A stretch of DNA of 64,000 nucleotides, taken from a bacterium. Lineage in GTDB: Bacteria > Bacillota_I > Bacilli_A > RFN20 > CAG-826. Made by a program: the position numbers and the translations under genes. The stretch's first letter is position 1, and each line of letters begins with the position of its first letter. The stretch spans positions 10,664 to 74,663 of the forward strand of contig CAVJPU010000004.1 of the NCBI GenBank assembly GCA_963651445.1, read 5' to 3'. Below are positions 9,516-18,464 of the stretch, in pieces. Under the pieces are notes generated by a model, which saw nothing but the letters and a program-made list of their open reading frames with translations, did not search any database and had not been told where the DNA came from.

Positions 9516-9541
9516 GAGAGGGGGCAATTCCCCTCTTTTTC
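9516..9541 (+). terminator. Rho-independent terminator after pgi
   Basis: AGAGAGGGGGcaattCCCCTCTTTTTCTT. Confidence 0.7.
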
Positions 9542-9545
9542 TTCG

Positions 9546-9574
9546 TTGACTAGCGCATTTCATAATGCTATATT
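9546..9574 (+). promoter_or_regulatory. Sigma-A-type promoter for the tRNA operon (TTGACT, 17 nt spacer, TATATT)
   Basis: -35 TTGACT at 9546-9551, a 17-nt spacer, then -10 TATATT at 9569-9574. The first tRNA starts ~30 nt downstream. Confidence 0.6.
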
Positions 9575-9605
9575 CTTTAAGCACGTTTTTAAGGGAGTGC
9601 GGCCC

Positions 9606-9680
9606 GGATGCTTAGCTCAGCGGGAGAGCATCGCCCTTACAAGGCGGGGGTCACAGGTTCAAACCCTGTAGCATCCACCA
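9606..9680 (+). tRNA. tRNA-Val (anticodon TAC)
   Basis: Acceptor GGATGCT/AGCATCC (perfect); D-arm GCTC-AGCGGGA-GAGC; anticodon stem TCGCC/GGCGG with loop CTTACAA; T-arm ACAGG-TTCAAAC-CCTGT; ends ACCA. Confidence 0.85.
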
Positions 9681-9714
9681 GCCTTATTAAGACGTGCGGT
9701 GACATTAAATCAGT

Positions 9715-9798
9715 GGGTGAATAGCGAAGTGGCCAAACGCGGCTGACTGTAAATCAGCTCCTCAGGGTTCGGTGGTTCAAATCCATCTTCACCCACCA
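9715..9798 (+). tRNA. tRNA-Tyr (anticodon GTA), class II
   Basis: Acceptor GGGTGAA/TTCACCC; anticodon stem GCTGA/TCAGC with loop CTGTAAA; long variable arm; T-loop TTCAAAT; ends ACCA. Confidence 0.85.
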
Positions 9799-9808
9799 TT
9801 TATTTTAT

Positions 9809-9883
9809 TGGGGTGTAGCCAAGCGGTAAGGCAACAGACTTTGACTCTGTCATGCACTGGTCCGATCCCAGTCACCCCAGCCA
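9809..9883 (+). tRNA. tRNA-Gln (anticodon TTG)
   Basis: Acceptor TGGGGTG/CACCCCA with discriminator G; D-arm GCCAAGCGGTAAGGC; anticodon stem ACAGA/TCTGT with loop CTTTGAC; T-arm ACTGG-TCCGATC-CCAGT (C rather than T at position 55); ends CCA. Confidence 0.8.
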
Positions 9884-9888
9884 ACTAA

Positions 9889-9963
9889 CTCCCGTTAGCT
9901 CAGTGGTAGAGCACTTGACTTTTAATCAAGGGGTCGACAGTTCGAGCCTGTCACGGGAGACCA
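9889..9963 (+). tRNA. tRNA-Lys (anticodon TTT)
   Basis: Acceptor CTCCCGT/ACGGGAG; anticodon stem CTTGA/TCAAG with loop CTTTTAA; T-loop TTCGAGC; ends ACCA. Confidence 0.85.
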
Positions 9964-9966
9964 ATC

Positions 9967-10053
9967 GCCCGAGTGGTGGAATGGTAGACGCAGAGGACTT
10001 AAAATCCTCCGGATGCGTAATCCGTACCGGTTCGAGTCCGGTCTTGGGCACCA
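9967..10053 (+). tRNA. tRNA-Leu (anticodon TAA), class II
   Basis: Acceptor GCCCGAG/CTTGGGC (one G-U pair); anticodon stem GAGGA/TCCTC with loop CTTAAAA; long variable arm CGGATGCGTAATCCGTA; T-loop TTCGAGT; ends ACCA. Confidence 0.85.
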
Positions 10054-10063
10054 TAAAAATATA

Positions 10064-10090
10064 GGTCCGTTTGGCGGGCCTTTTTTATTG
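10064..10090 (+). terminator. Rho-independent terminator closing the tRNA operon
   Basis: GGTCCG-tttgg-CGGGCC followed by TTTTTT. Confidence 0.65.
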
Positions 10091-10196
10091 AAAATATTGA
10101 ATTTCCGCTCACTTTTTAGAGATTTACAACAATGGTTTTTCTCATGCTATAATGTGTTTAGAAACCACGCCTTTTGTTGGTGAAAGGAGCGGACAT

Positions 10197-10649
10197 ATGA
10201 AAAATAAACTTACGAGATTGATTATGCTGCCAATCCTAGGATTGTCTCTGATTTCTTGCTGTGGTGAGGATGCCAGAGATTGGCCAAGAATCAATTTGAA
10301 CATAGAGCCGGAAGACGTGCTGCTGTATTCTGCACATTATATCGGCAGCGCAAACGATTATCGCGAATACACCGTAGGGACGAAAACGACAGACAATCTC
10401 GAAGCGATAAAGCGAAATATGACAAGAGTCCAAAACATGCCTTATAAGGAAGAATTGATGGATTTTGACGAAGACAGAAAATGGATGGATTTCCTAGAAG
10501 TTACGATAACCACGAAAAGCGAGGCTCGAATCATCAAATATATCGGCTATGGAATCACGAATGGAGCCGTATGCTTCGAAAGCGATGAATGGCATCATCT
10601 CCCAGGAGATTTCGTGAGCTTTCTATTTAGAAATTTCGAAGAAGAATAA
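10197..10649 (+). CDS. Small lipoprotein of unknown function (lipobox LISC)
   Basis: Translation MKNKLTRLIMLPILGLSLISCCGED... has a type-II signal peptide. RBS is AGGAG. Its codon usage (AGA, ATA) and ~42% GC differ from flanking genes. 150 aa. Confidence 0.6.
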   Translation: MKNKLTRLIMLPILGLSLISCCGEDARDWPRINLNIEPEDVLLYSAHYIGSANDYREYTVGTKTTDNLEAIKRNMTRVQNMPYKEELMDFDEDRKWMDFLEVTITTKSEARIIKYIGYGITNGAVCFESDEWHHLPGDFVSFLFRNFEEE

Positions 10650-10662
10650 AAAGGAGATAAAT

Positions 10663-12279
10663 ATGATACTGAACCTGGCAGCAGCATTCCTGGCCGCCTC
10701 GTCCATCAACGGGCCGGCGGCGAGCCAAGCCCTGGAGTCCATCGATCAGGCGAACGCCTCGGAGATATGCGTGCGGCATGCGATCGACGAGGGATACGCC
10801 TCGCCAAGCCTGGATCAGAACGCCGTAACCGACCTCTCCGGCAACATCTTCCTCGTCGAGACGGGCGAGCAAGAGGGTTTCATGATCGTCGACCCGGTCT
10901 CGCAGCTCTACATCGAATCGACGCCTCATGCCGAGTCGCCTTACGACTTCGGCGAGACGCGTCGCTATTACTACTTCGGCCCATGGAATTATTACTATGG
11001 GCTGGGCAGGGTCTTCGTCCATTGCGTAACGGGCGACATCATCTCGAGTGAGGAGGCTGAGGCTCTGCAGGACTACTTCGACGAGAGGCTGGCCGCCTTC
11101 CGCGAGGCAACGTCAGATGAGGCATACGCCGCCTATCGGGAGGAAAACCCGGCGAGCCCGGCGATAAAACCTTTGATTAGAACCGATAACATAACATACA
11201 TAGACAATTACGAGGTCATTCGTGATTCCATACACCCCGAGAACTACGACAAGTCTTGTGGATTCGTGGCCGCTTCAATTGTCCTCAACTATTACGACAA
11301 AACCGTTTCCAAAGGAATCGTGGCTGATCAATTCAAAGATGCAGACGGCGAGTTGATTTCAACTGTGTCCTATTCCGAAGAAACCAATCTCAAGGACAAA
11401 TTGGTGGCGTACAATAATGGCATCAGGAATTCCTACGCTAACACCGTCGCAGCTGCGGTCAACAGATATTGTGCCGATTACGACGTGCATGGGACGGCAA
11501 GTTGGTATTTGCTAAGCGCTGGCCTTCCGACTTCGATTTTGCAGGACAGACCCGCCATCATTTTTGGCAACTATCCGGATATTGGACAGCCGGAGACAAA
11601 TAAGCGCATCAACCATGCGGTGGTCGCCTATGGCTACGACCTAAGATGGTGGAACGGGTATTATATTGTCCATTTCGGGTGGGGTCTGGGATTCGAAGAG
11701 ACCTCCCTGTGTGTTTTCTGGTGGACTGGCATGACCATGACCTTCACCCTCGACACGGACTACTACGAGCAAAACCACACGATCGGCCACGACGAATACG
11801 GGTTCCCCGACGCCTACGCTTCGGAAGAGACGTCGAAGCAGATAACGACCGCCGATGGACTGACATTCGACACGAAGAGGCTCAGGTGCGGCTTCATCCA
11901 CGACGAGTACGTCACCATATCCCCGAGGAAAGCGGGGTTCGGCACCGCCTACATCGAGTATGCCTTCGCGAATCCGGTGAGGGAGATAGAGATGGACATA
12001 TCATACTGGAGCCTCGATGAGAGATATGGGAGCCCCAACCATTCGGAGCTAAAATTCCAATACAAAGGGCTGATGTCCGAGGATTGGGACAACGAGATCA
12101 ATCTCCTTGCGGAGGATCTGTCGATGGATAGGACCAAGCAAACCCATATGACGATAACGTTCCAAAGGAAGACGAGGGCGTTCAGGATATACGCCAACTT
12201 CAGCTACATGCAGGTCCCTACCGACAGGAACAAAGGCAGGGTATCCATCGGGAACATCCTGGTCAAGACTTATAGATAA
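10663..12279 (+). CDS. Peptidase C10 (streptopain/SpeB-like) family cysteine protease, secreted; composition-mosaic ORF
   Basis: The catalytic-Cys region YDKSCGFVAASIVLNYYD resembles SpeB GCVATATAQIMKYH. The His region NHAVVAYGYD...YYIVHFGWGLG resembles SpeB [24 protein letters not shown]. Hydrophobic N-terminus; RBS is AAGGAGA. Confidence 0.65.
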   Translation: MILNLAAAFLAASSINGPAASQALESIDQANASEICVRHAIDEGYASPSLDQNAVTDLSGNIFLVETGEQEGFMIVDPVSQLYIESTPHAESPYDFGETRRYYYFGPWNYYYGLGRVFVHCVTGDIISSEEAEALQDYFDERLAAFREATSDEAYAAYREENPASPAIKPLIRTDNITYIDNYEVIRDSIHPENYDKSCGFVAASIVLNYYDKTVSKGIVADQFKDADGELISTVSYSEETNLKDKLVAYNNGIRNSYANTVAAAVNRYCADYDVHGTASWYLLSAGLPTSILQDRPAIIFGNYPDIGQPETNKRINHAVVAYGYDLRWWNGYYIVHFGWGLGFEETSLCVFWWTGMTMTFTLDTDYYEQNHTIGHDEYGFPDAYASEETSKQITTADGLTFDTKRLRCGFIHDEYVTISPRKAGFGTAYIEYAFANPVREIEMDISYWSLDERYGSPNHSELKFQYKGLMSEDWDNEINLLAEDLSMDRTKQTHMTITFQRKTRAFRIYANFSYMQVPTDRNKGRVSIGNILVKTYR

Positions 12280-12284
12280 TCAGC

Positions 12285-12312
12285 AAAAAGTCCGCCAAAC
12301 AGGCGGTCTTTT
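12285..12312. terminator. Bidirectional terminator between the convergent C10 peptidase and TraX genes
   Basis: GTCCGCC-aaaca-GGCGGTC followed by TTTT; A-rich on the opposite side. Confidence 0.6.
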
Positions 12313-13096
12313 ATATTCCTAGCAGCAATTGGACTAAGCCCAATACAGCAAGATGGGCAGGGTAATACAAATAATACACGGCCTTCATGGCTTTGCCCTT
12401 GCCTGGTTGTCCATTATATAAGCGAAGAACGGGAATGGCTAAAGCAACGCATAAGGCCATCAATCCATAAAGAAGGCTGCCAGTGTAAACACAGTATAAA
12501 GCGCTATAGATAGCCACCGGAATCATCATATGGAGCATCTGTTTCCAGAAGCTTCCGCGGAAGTAATAAAGAAGGATGATTGCGAAGTACCCACAGCTCG
12601 ACCAGTCACATGGGAAGGCAATCACGCCAAAGCCTAAATAGATCAACGCTTTAGCCCAAGCTGGGACCGAGAAATATCGATCATCCGTTAAATACAGAGC
12701 CAATCCAGCAATAGCCAGTCCCCACATAACCGAGGTTTCGTATTCAGGTCCTTCTAAGAAAGGAATGACAGACTGCTCGGTGTAGAAGCAATAGGCGAAA
12801 TGGGATATGAAGGCACCAATGAACAAACGAATAAGATAGTTCTCCGGATTCTTGGTGTGATGCCAGCCTTCTGCCATCATAAACCAGAATATCGGAGCAA
12901 CTATTCTTCCAAAGACATGAATCAGGATGGCCCACCATTGGGTGGAAAATGGGGCGTTTTGGAAAGTCCATGCCAAATGGTCGGCCGTCATCAAAATCAT
13001 GGCAATCACTTTTAAAGCGTTGCCAGAAAGACAGGCGTATTTAGGATAGGACGCTTCCCCTTCTAAAGAGAATGTGCGAGTGGCTATGGCTTCCAT
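12311..13096 (-). CDS. TraX-family membrane protein
   Basis: 261-aa polytopic membrane protein. The N-terminal motif LKVIAMILMTADHLAW is the TraX signature. Confidence 0.75.
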   Translation of the reverse strand: MEAIATRTFSLEGEASYPKYACLSGNALKVIAMILMTADHLAWTFQNAPFSTQWWAILIHVFGRIVAPIFWFMMAEGWHHTKNPENYLIRLFIGAFISHFAYCFYTEQSVIPFLEGPEYETSVMWGLAIAGLALYLTDDRYFSVPAWAKALIYLGFGVIAFPCDWSSCGYFAIILLYYFRGSFWKQMLHMMIPVAIYSALYCVYTGSLLYGLMALCVALAIPVLRLYNGQPGKGKAMKAVYYLYYPAHLAVLGLVQLLLGI

Positions 13097-13108
13097 GTTT
13101 TTTATTTA

Positions 13109-14011
13109 TTAGAAACGATCGGATGGGTATTCGCCTTTATCGACAAGTTCTTTCAAAGAAGTTACGACTTCCTCTAAATCATCTCTATAGGTGACACCGT
13201 GCCAAACGGCATCGGTTCTAAGCACTTTGCAGACGGCTTCTTTTTCTTCCAACAACTCCGTCATCACGTCGGTAGTGAGATATTCGGCGTCCAATATATC
13301 GTTTTTATGATTGTCTAAAAACTTCGGAAGTCTTTCTTCGAAGACATCCAAAATATCATGGGTATAAACGAATAAGTTCATGGAAACCAAGGTTTCATGA
13401 TCAATCTTCTTATAGTCTTTGGTTCCTAATGGAGCGGCCCAGATATCATCGCCTCTCCATTCAACGCTGGATTCGACAACCCTCTTGAGGTTGTGGTTGT
13501 CATCAAAATCAAGAACGCCACGTTTGACGCTTCCTTTTTTAGATAAGGTGTTCTTAGCAAAATACGCGACGTTTGCGTGTTGGGCTTTGACACCTTTGTC
13601 TAAAGATTTCAAATAATTGGCGGCCTGAACAAAAGCATCAGCCCCATAGAAATCATCGGCGTTGATGATGGCAAAGTTGCCCTTTAGCACATCCTTGGCG
13701 CAATAAATGGCGTGCGCGGTTCCTAATGGCTTAATTCTTTCTTTTGGAACCGAATAGCCTTTCGGAAGGTTATCCATCTTTTGATAGGCATAAGCGGTCT
13801 CAACATATTTCGAGACCCTCTTGCCTACCGTCTCTTCGAACTCTTCGTACATGTCTTCCTTGATAACGAAAACGACGCGATCGAAACCAGCCTTAACGGC
13901 ATCGTAAATCGAATAGTCGATGATGAAATTCCCTTTCTCATCAACGGGCTGAATTTGCTTTAGTCCACCAAAGCGGGAGCCCATCCCAGCTGCAAGTATT
14001 AATAAATCCAT
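13109..14011 (-). CDS. Sugar-phosphate nucleotidyltransferase family protein
   Basis: N-terminal LILAAGMGSRFGG is the glycine-rich NTP-binding motif. 300 aa. Substrate is unknown. Confidence 0.7.
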   Translation of the reverse strand: MDLLILAAGMGSRFGGLKQIQPVDEKGNFIIDYSIYDAVKAGFDRVVFVIKEDMYEEFEETVGKRVSKYVETAYAYQKMDNLPKGYSVPKERIKPLGTAHAIYCAKDVLKGNFAIINADDFYGADAFVQAANYLKSLDKGVKAQHANVAYFAKNTLSKKGSVKRGVLDFDDNHNLKRVVESSVEWRGDDIWAAPLGTKDYKKIDHETLVSMNLFVYTHDILDVFEERLPKFLDNHKNDILDAEYLTTDVMTELLEEKEAVCKVLRTDAVWHGVTYRDDLEEVVTSLKELVDKGEYPSDRF

Positions 14012-14050
14012 ACGAGTATTTTAACTATGTTAATTATGAAAGCGAAGCAA

Positions 14051-14827
14051 TTAATCGACTTCGCACATCTTTTTGGCTTGTTTCATCCAAATTCTCATCG
14101 AAGTTCTTTCTGGAATGATCTTTTGGATTCTGACCAAGGACCTGACCATGAAACGGTTGATAGAATAAACTTTCTTCTTCTTGGCGTCCTTATAAGCACG
14201 GGCCACAACTTCTTCCTTGGTGGAGGTCATCTTATCCCATTTGTAGTTACGGCCATTGTCGAAGTCTTTGAGCATATCGGTCTTAATCCAATATGGAGTG
14301 ACAGCCATAACATGAATACCCTTCTTCTTGTATTCGTAATGAAGGGCTGCGCTCCAGGAATTAACGAAGGCTTTGCCAGCGGCATAGACAGCCAAATACG
14401 GAAGTGGCTGACGACCCGCTTGAGAGCCCGTATTGATTAGGTGCGAGCCGGCGTGCATATGACGTAAGGCGTAGTAGCTTAAAGTAGCCACCGCTTCGAC
14501 ATTCAAGTGAATGGAAGAACGGATGTTCTCGATGGTCTCGTGATTCATAGCACAGGTCTTGCCCATACCAGCGTTGTTGATCATCCAAACGATATCGACA
14601 TCCAAAGCGGTCCATTTGGCCTCTAAGGCGTCCAATGATTCTTCTTTCGATAAGTCTAAAGAGATAGGAACTACCTTATTTGGGTATTCCTTGGCTAATT
14701 CGTCCAAAAGCTCTTTTCTTCTGGCTACCGCCCAAACTTCATCGACATCCTCATTGACCAAGATTTTGACCCATTCTTTGCCGAGTCCGCTGGAAGCGCC
14801 AGTCACAACCGCTATTCTTTTCCCCAT
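14051..14827 (-). CDS. SDR-family oxidoreductase
   Basis: N-terminal VVTGASSGLG is the Rossmann TGxxxGxG motif, with NNAG and a YxxxK catalytic motif downstream. 258 aa. Confidence 0.85.
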   Translation of the reverse strand: MGKRIAVVTGASSGLGKEWVKILVNEDVDEVWAVARRKELLDELAKEYPNKVVPISLDLSKEESLDALEAKWTALDVDIVWMINNAGMGKTCAMNHETIENIRSSIHLNVEAVATLSYYALRHMHAGSHLINTGSQAGRQPLPYLAVYAAGKAFVNSWSAALHYEYKKKGIHVMAVTPYWIKTDMLKDFDNGRNYKWDKMTSTKEEVVARAYKDAKKKKVYSINRFMVRSLVRIQKIIPERTSMRIWMKQAKKMCEVD

Positions 14828-14930
14828 ATTCTACCTCGATTCTTTGAAATAATATCACGAATGCAACCTTAAGGTAGATTTTAGAAAAAAATAGGGGCAA
14901 TATATTTTTATATTGGAGGCAATTTTTACT

Positions 14931-15164
14931 ATGTCTAATTTTGTTAAGAGCATCAATGGTTTGTCCAAGTTTTGGAAACTCATTCTCTGCATCCCAGGAA
15001 TCAACTTGATTTGGGGCATTTGGAGAATCTGCGTCGCCGTTAAGAATAACAGCGCCATCCAGCTTGTCTTAGCTATCTTGATGTTATTCTTCGGAACCAC
15101 CGTTTTATGGATTCTTGACATCGTTTTCATCATCCTTAACAACTATCCGTTCTGGTTCAAATAA
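14931..15164 (+). CDS. Small membrane protein (two TM helices), unknown function
   Basis: 77 aa from the ATG at 14931; GGAGG lies 11 nt upstream. The ORF-track start at 14913 is a TTG. Confidence 0.5.
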   Translation: MSNFVKSINGLSKFWKLILCIPGINLIWGIWRICVAVKNNSAIQLVLAILMLFFGTTVLWILDIVFIILNNYPFWFK

Positions 15165-15186
15165 GCAGAAGATAAATGAAGGCCCT

Positions 15187-15216
15187 TCTTGTGAAGGGCT
15201 TTTATTTTGGTCTATA
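15187..15216 (+). terminator. Rho-independent terminator
   Basis: GCCCTTC-ttgt-GAAGGGC followed by TTTTATTTT. Confidence 0.65.
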
Positions 15217-15236
15217 TTACTAACCGAGGTAACCTT

Positions 15237-16724
15237 ATGAATCATTCCGAAACATTTTTAGCCCTTAAGCCATATCTAGACAAAAAGAGAGAACTTAGGA
15301 ACTTGGTCAATGTCCTTTATTATGACTTGGCCACAACCGCCCCAGAGAAAGCCCTAGAATCCCAAGGCGAGATCATGAACAAGTATGACGCCGAATTCGC
15401 CGCCATTTCCACCGACGAGGAATATAAGAAGTTGGTAGCCAGAGGCTTAGCCGATAAATCCTTATCTAAAGAAGAACAAAGATTGTTTTCCTTCCTTAAC
15501 GAGGAAATCGATTTGATGAACAAGATGTCCATCGAGGATTACACCGCCTATAAAAACGCCAACGTCAAATCCAATGAGATGTGGAGGCTTTATAGGGGCC
15601 AAAACGATTTCGCTTCTTGGCTCCCATATTGGGAAGAATGCGTCTCTTGGTCCAAAAAGATTGCCAAGCTCAAGATGAAGGAAGGCATGAAGACTCCTTA
15701 TGATGCTTTGCTAGACGCTTATGAGCCAGGCAACACGACCGAATATTTGGATAAGTTATTCGCCCCAATCAAGGAAACCATCGTCAAGTTATTGCCAATC
15801 GTTTTAGAAAGGCAAAAGAAGACGGTTCTCCCGCCGATTAAGGAATATAGCCAAAGGTTACAAGAGGATTTAAGCTACTCCCTGCTTGATTTGATCTGCT
15901 ATGACATGAAGAGAGGCGTTCTTAGAGTCTCCGCCCATCCATTCTCTGCCGATGTCGCCCAATATGATTCTCGTTTGACCACCCGTTATGATTTGAAGGA
16001 CTGGAGAAACAATCTCTTCACCATTCTTCATGAAGGTGGCCATTGCCTAGAATTTCAAAATAAAGGCGAAAAGATGTATCAAGATTATCTCGAATATGTC
16101 GCTTCGGCCGCTCAATGCGAGACTCATTCGAGATTGATTGAGAATATCTTTGGACGTAGCAAGGAATTCGCTCCGATTTTAAAGGAACGCTGCGCTCAAA
16201 ACTTAGACAAAGACTTCAACAGCATTTCTGACGAAGACTTCTATTTGATGTTAAATGAAGTTAAGCCAAGTCTCATTAGATGCGACGCCGATGAATTAAC
16301 CTATTCCTTGCACATCATCATCCGTTATGAAATCGAAAGAGACTTAATTAATGGAGTCATCGAATGCAAAGACGTTCCAGCCATTTGGAACAAGAAATAT
16401 AAAGACTATCTCGGCATCGATGTCCCAACCGACAAAGATGGCTGCATGCAAGACGTCCATTGGACCGATGGAGAATTCGGTTACTTCCCAAGCTATCTCT
16501 TAGGCAATCTTTATGGGGCGATGATCTTCGAAAGGATAGATAGAGAAATCCACGCCTTCGAAAAGGTCAAGAACAATGACTTCAAAGCCATCGTTGATTG
16601 GCTATCTAAGAACGATTACCAATACGACTGGATGCGTCCAGATGATTGGATCATGAAAGTCGTTGGCAAGCCATTATCCAGCGATGCCTTCATCCGTTAT
16701 CTGACTAACAAGTACGGCAAGTAA
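15237..16724 (+). CDS. M32-family carboxypeptidase (Taq-like)
   Basis: HEGGH zinc motif (ILHEGGHCLEF) plus the downstream DVHWTDGEFGYFPSYLLGNLYG motif typical of M32. Start chosen at MNHSETF behind a GAGGT RBS. Confidence 0.8.
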   Translation: MNHSETFLALKPYLDKKRELRNLVNVLYYDLATTAPEKALESQGEIMNKYDAEFAAISTDEEYKKLVARGLADKSLSKEEQRLFSFLNEEIDLMNKMSIEDYTAYKNANVKSNEMWRLYRGQNDFASWLPYWEECVSWSKKIAKLKMKEGMKTPYDALLDAYEPGNTTEYLDKLFAPIKETIVKLLPIVLERQKKTVLPPIKEYSQRLQEDLSYSLLDLICYDMKRGVLRVSAHPFSADVAQYDSRLTTRYDLKDWRNNLFTILHEGGHCLEFQNKGEKMYQDYLEYVASAAQCETHSRLIENIFGRSKEFAPILKERCAQNLDKDFNSISDEDFYLMLNEVKPSLIRCDADELTYSLHIIIRYEIERDLINGVIECKDVPAIWNKKYKDYLGIDVPTDKDGCMQDVHWTDGEFGYFPSYLLGNLYGAMIFERIDREIHAFEKVKNNDFKAIVDWLSKNDYQYDWMRPDDWIMKVVGKPLSSDAFIRYLTNKYGK

Positions 16725-16730
16725 ACAAAA

Positions 16731-16757
16731 AGCCTCGAGAACCGAGGCTTTTTTGGT
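16731..16757. terminator. Bidirectional terminator between the convergent M32 and M3 peptidase genes
   Basis: AAAAAGCCTCGagaaCCGAGGCTTTTTT. Confidence 0.75.
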
Positions 16758-16760
16758 GTT

Positions 16761-18464
16761 TTAGAACCCATAAGTCTTTAAGACTTTGACCAATGGTTTA
16801 ACGATCTTGGCGAGGTTTCCATCCACGAACGGATCCTTTAAGCCCGCCTTAGCAAGCAAGGTACGGAACGGATATTTGCCACCCATCTTGCAAAGCTTGA
16901 GATATTTCTTCCAAGCTTTCTTGTGATTCTTCCTATCCAATAATAAGAACTGGAAGGCAATGACCTGAGCAAGGGTATAGTCGATGTAATAAAACGGGCA
17001 TTGGAAGACGTGCATCTGAATGAGCCAACGCTTGCCCTTGAGCAAGAACGGGCAATCTTGTTCGGCTTCGACTTTCCATGGAGTGTATTTCTCTTCGATC
17101 TTATGGAAGGCTTCCAAGCGTTCTTCATTGGTAGCGTTTGGATTAGCATAGACCCAATGTTGGAACTCATCGATGGTGACCCCGTAAGGCAAGAACTCGA
17201 TGGAGTCAGCTAAATGCTGATAACGATACTTGTTGGAATCATCGAAGAAGAGGTCCATCCAAGGTTCGGCGATGAATTCCATCGACATCGAATGGATTTC
17301 GCAGGATTCCATCGTTGGAGCACGATATTCAGGAATCTTGATGTTGCGAGCGCAATAGGCTTGGAAGGAATGTCCAAACTCGTGGGTCAAGACATCGACA
17401 TCGCCGGAAGTGCCGTTGAAGTTAGAGAAGATGATTGGGCATTCGTGGACTGGGAAGTATTCCATATAGCCACCGCCCTGTTTGCCTTCTTGGGCATCCA
17501 AAAACATAAGATGATGTTCGTCCATGAAACGGAAGAAATAAGAGGTTTCCGGCGATAATTCATCGTACATCTTCTTGGCTTTCTCCACCTTTTCGGCAGT
17601 CGTGCCATTTGGAAGTGGATTACCGTCCTTGAACATCGTGTTCAAATCGTAGACACGAGGTTTCTTGATACCGCATCTCTTGTATTGCTCTTTGATGAGC
17701 TTGGCGCAAATCGGGGTGACTACCTGATGGATTTGCTCTCTGTAATCAGCGACTTCCTCTGGGGTATAGTCAAATCTGTTCATGCGAATGTAGGCTAATT
17801 CGGTGTAGGACTTGAAGCCCAACTTCTTGGCCATATTGGTACGGACTTTGACCATCTCGGAAAATAAGTCTTCGATGTCTTTGGTGTTCTCGTCCAAATA
17901 GGAATAGAAAGCTTCGGAGGCCTTGGCGCGAACTTCTCTATCCGGAGAGCCTAAGAACTTACCCATTTGAGAAATGTTGTAGGTCTTGCCTTCATAAGGG
18001 ATGGCTAAGGCGGCCACCATCTGACCATATTTGGATTGGAGCTCGTTTTCTTTTTGAAGATCTTCGGTGATGCATGGATCGAAGGCTTTGAGGTTAAATT
18101 CCCTCATTTTGAAAGCAAAGCTTCCGAGTTTCTCTTCCAGATAAGGACGGAACTTGGAATTAAGCATAGCCTTATCAAATTTGATGGTGGCTTCGGTAAC
18201 GAGTGGGGAGCCATTATCGACGATATCCATGGCCTTTTGACGTTCTTTGATACGGGTATCCAAGGTATAAAGAACCTGGATATGGCAGAACTGGTCATGG
18301 ACTTTGTCCAAATATTTTGCCATGTTCTTATAAGCTTTCAGGGCTTCTTCGTTAGAGGCCGCGGCTTCAAAGGCGGCGGTTCTCTTTTCGACGTTGGCAA
18401 CGATTGATTTGATATTAGGCTTTCTAAACGGCCAAACTTCGAAATTTGCTAATTCTTTCTTCAT
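16761..18464 (-). CDS. pepF: M3B-family oligoendopeptidase F
   Basis: 567 aa with an HEFGH zinc motif (LTHEFGHSFQ) and M3 architecture. Confidence 0.8.
   Translation of the reverse strand: MKKELANFEVWPFRKPNIKSIVANVEKRTAAFEAAASNEEALKAYKNMAKYLDKVHDQFCHIQVLYTLDTRIKERQKAMDIVDNGSPLVTEATIKFDKAMLNSKFRPYLEEKLGSFAFKMREFNLKAFDPCITEDLQKENELQSKYGQMVAALAIPYEGKTYNISQMGKFLGSPDREVRAKASEAFYSYLDENTKDIEDLFSEMVKVRTNMAKKLGFKSYTELAYIRMNRFDYTPEEVADYREQIHQVVTPICAKLIKEQYKRCGIKKPRVYDLNTMFKDGNPLPNGTTAEKVEKAKKMYDELSPETSYFFRFMDEHHLMFLDAQEGKQGGGYMEYFPVHECPIIFSNFNGTSGDVDVLTHEFGHSFQAYCARNIKIPEYRAPTMESCEIHSMSMEFIAEPWMDLFFDDSNKYRYQHLADSIEFLPYGVTIDEFQHWVYANPNATNEERLEAFHKIEEKYTPWKVEAEQDCPFLLKGKRWLIQMHVFQCPFYYIDYTLAQVIAFQFLLLDRKNHKKAWKKYLKLCKMGGKYPFRTLLAKAGLKDPFVDGNLAKIVKPLVKVLKTYGF

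Noticed and set aside
9852-10064. 70-aa ORF on the plus strand across the tRNA cluster.
   Set aside because: It lies entirely within tRNA-Gln, tRNA-Lys and tRNA-Leu; it is an artefact of an open frame through structured RNA genes.
10627-12020. Several 85-130-aa Arg-rich ORFs (10627..11022 minus, 10767..11051 plus, 11641..11901 minus, 11646..12020 plus) overlapping the C10 peptidase gene.
   Set aside because: These are typical spurious open frames produced by the ~60% GC blocks of that gene. They have no RBS and sit antisense or out of frame to a well-supported CDS.
14027-14440. 137-aa plus-strand ORF antisense to the SDR gene.
   Set aside because: It lies fully inside a well-supported SDR CDS on the opposite strand, with no RBS and low-complexity translation.
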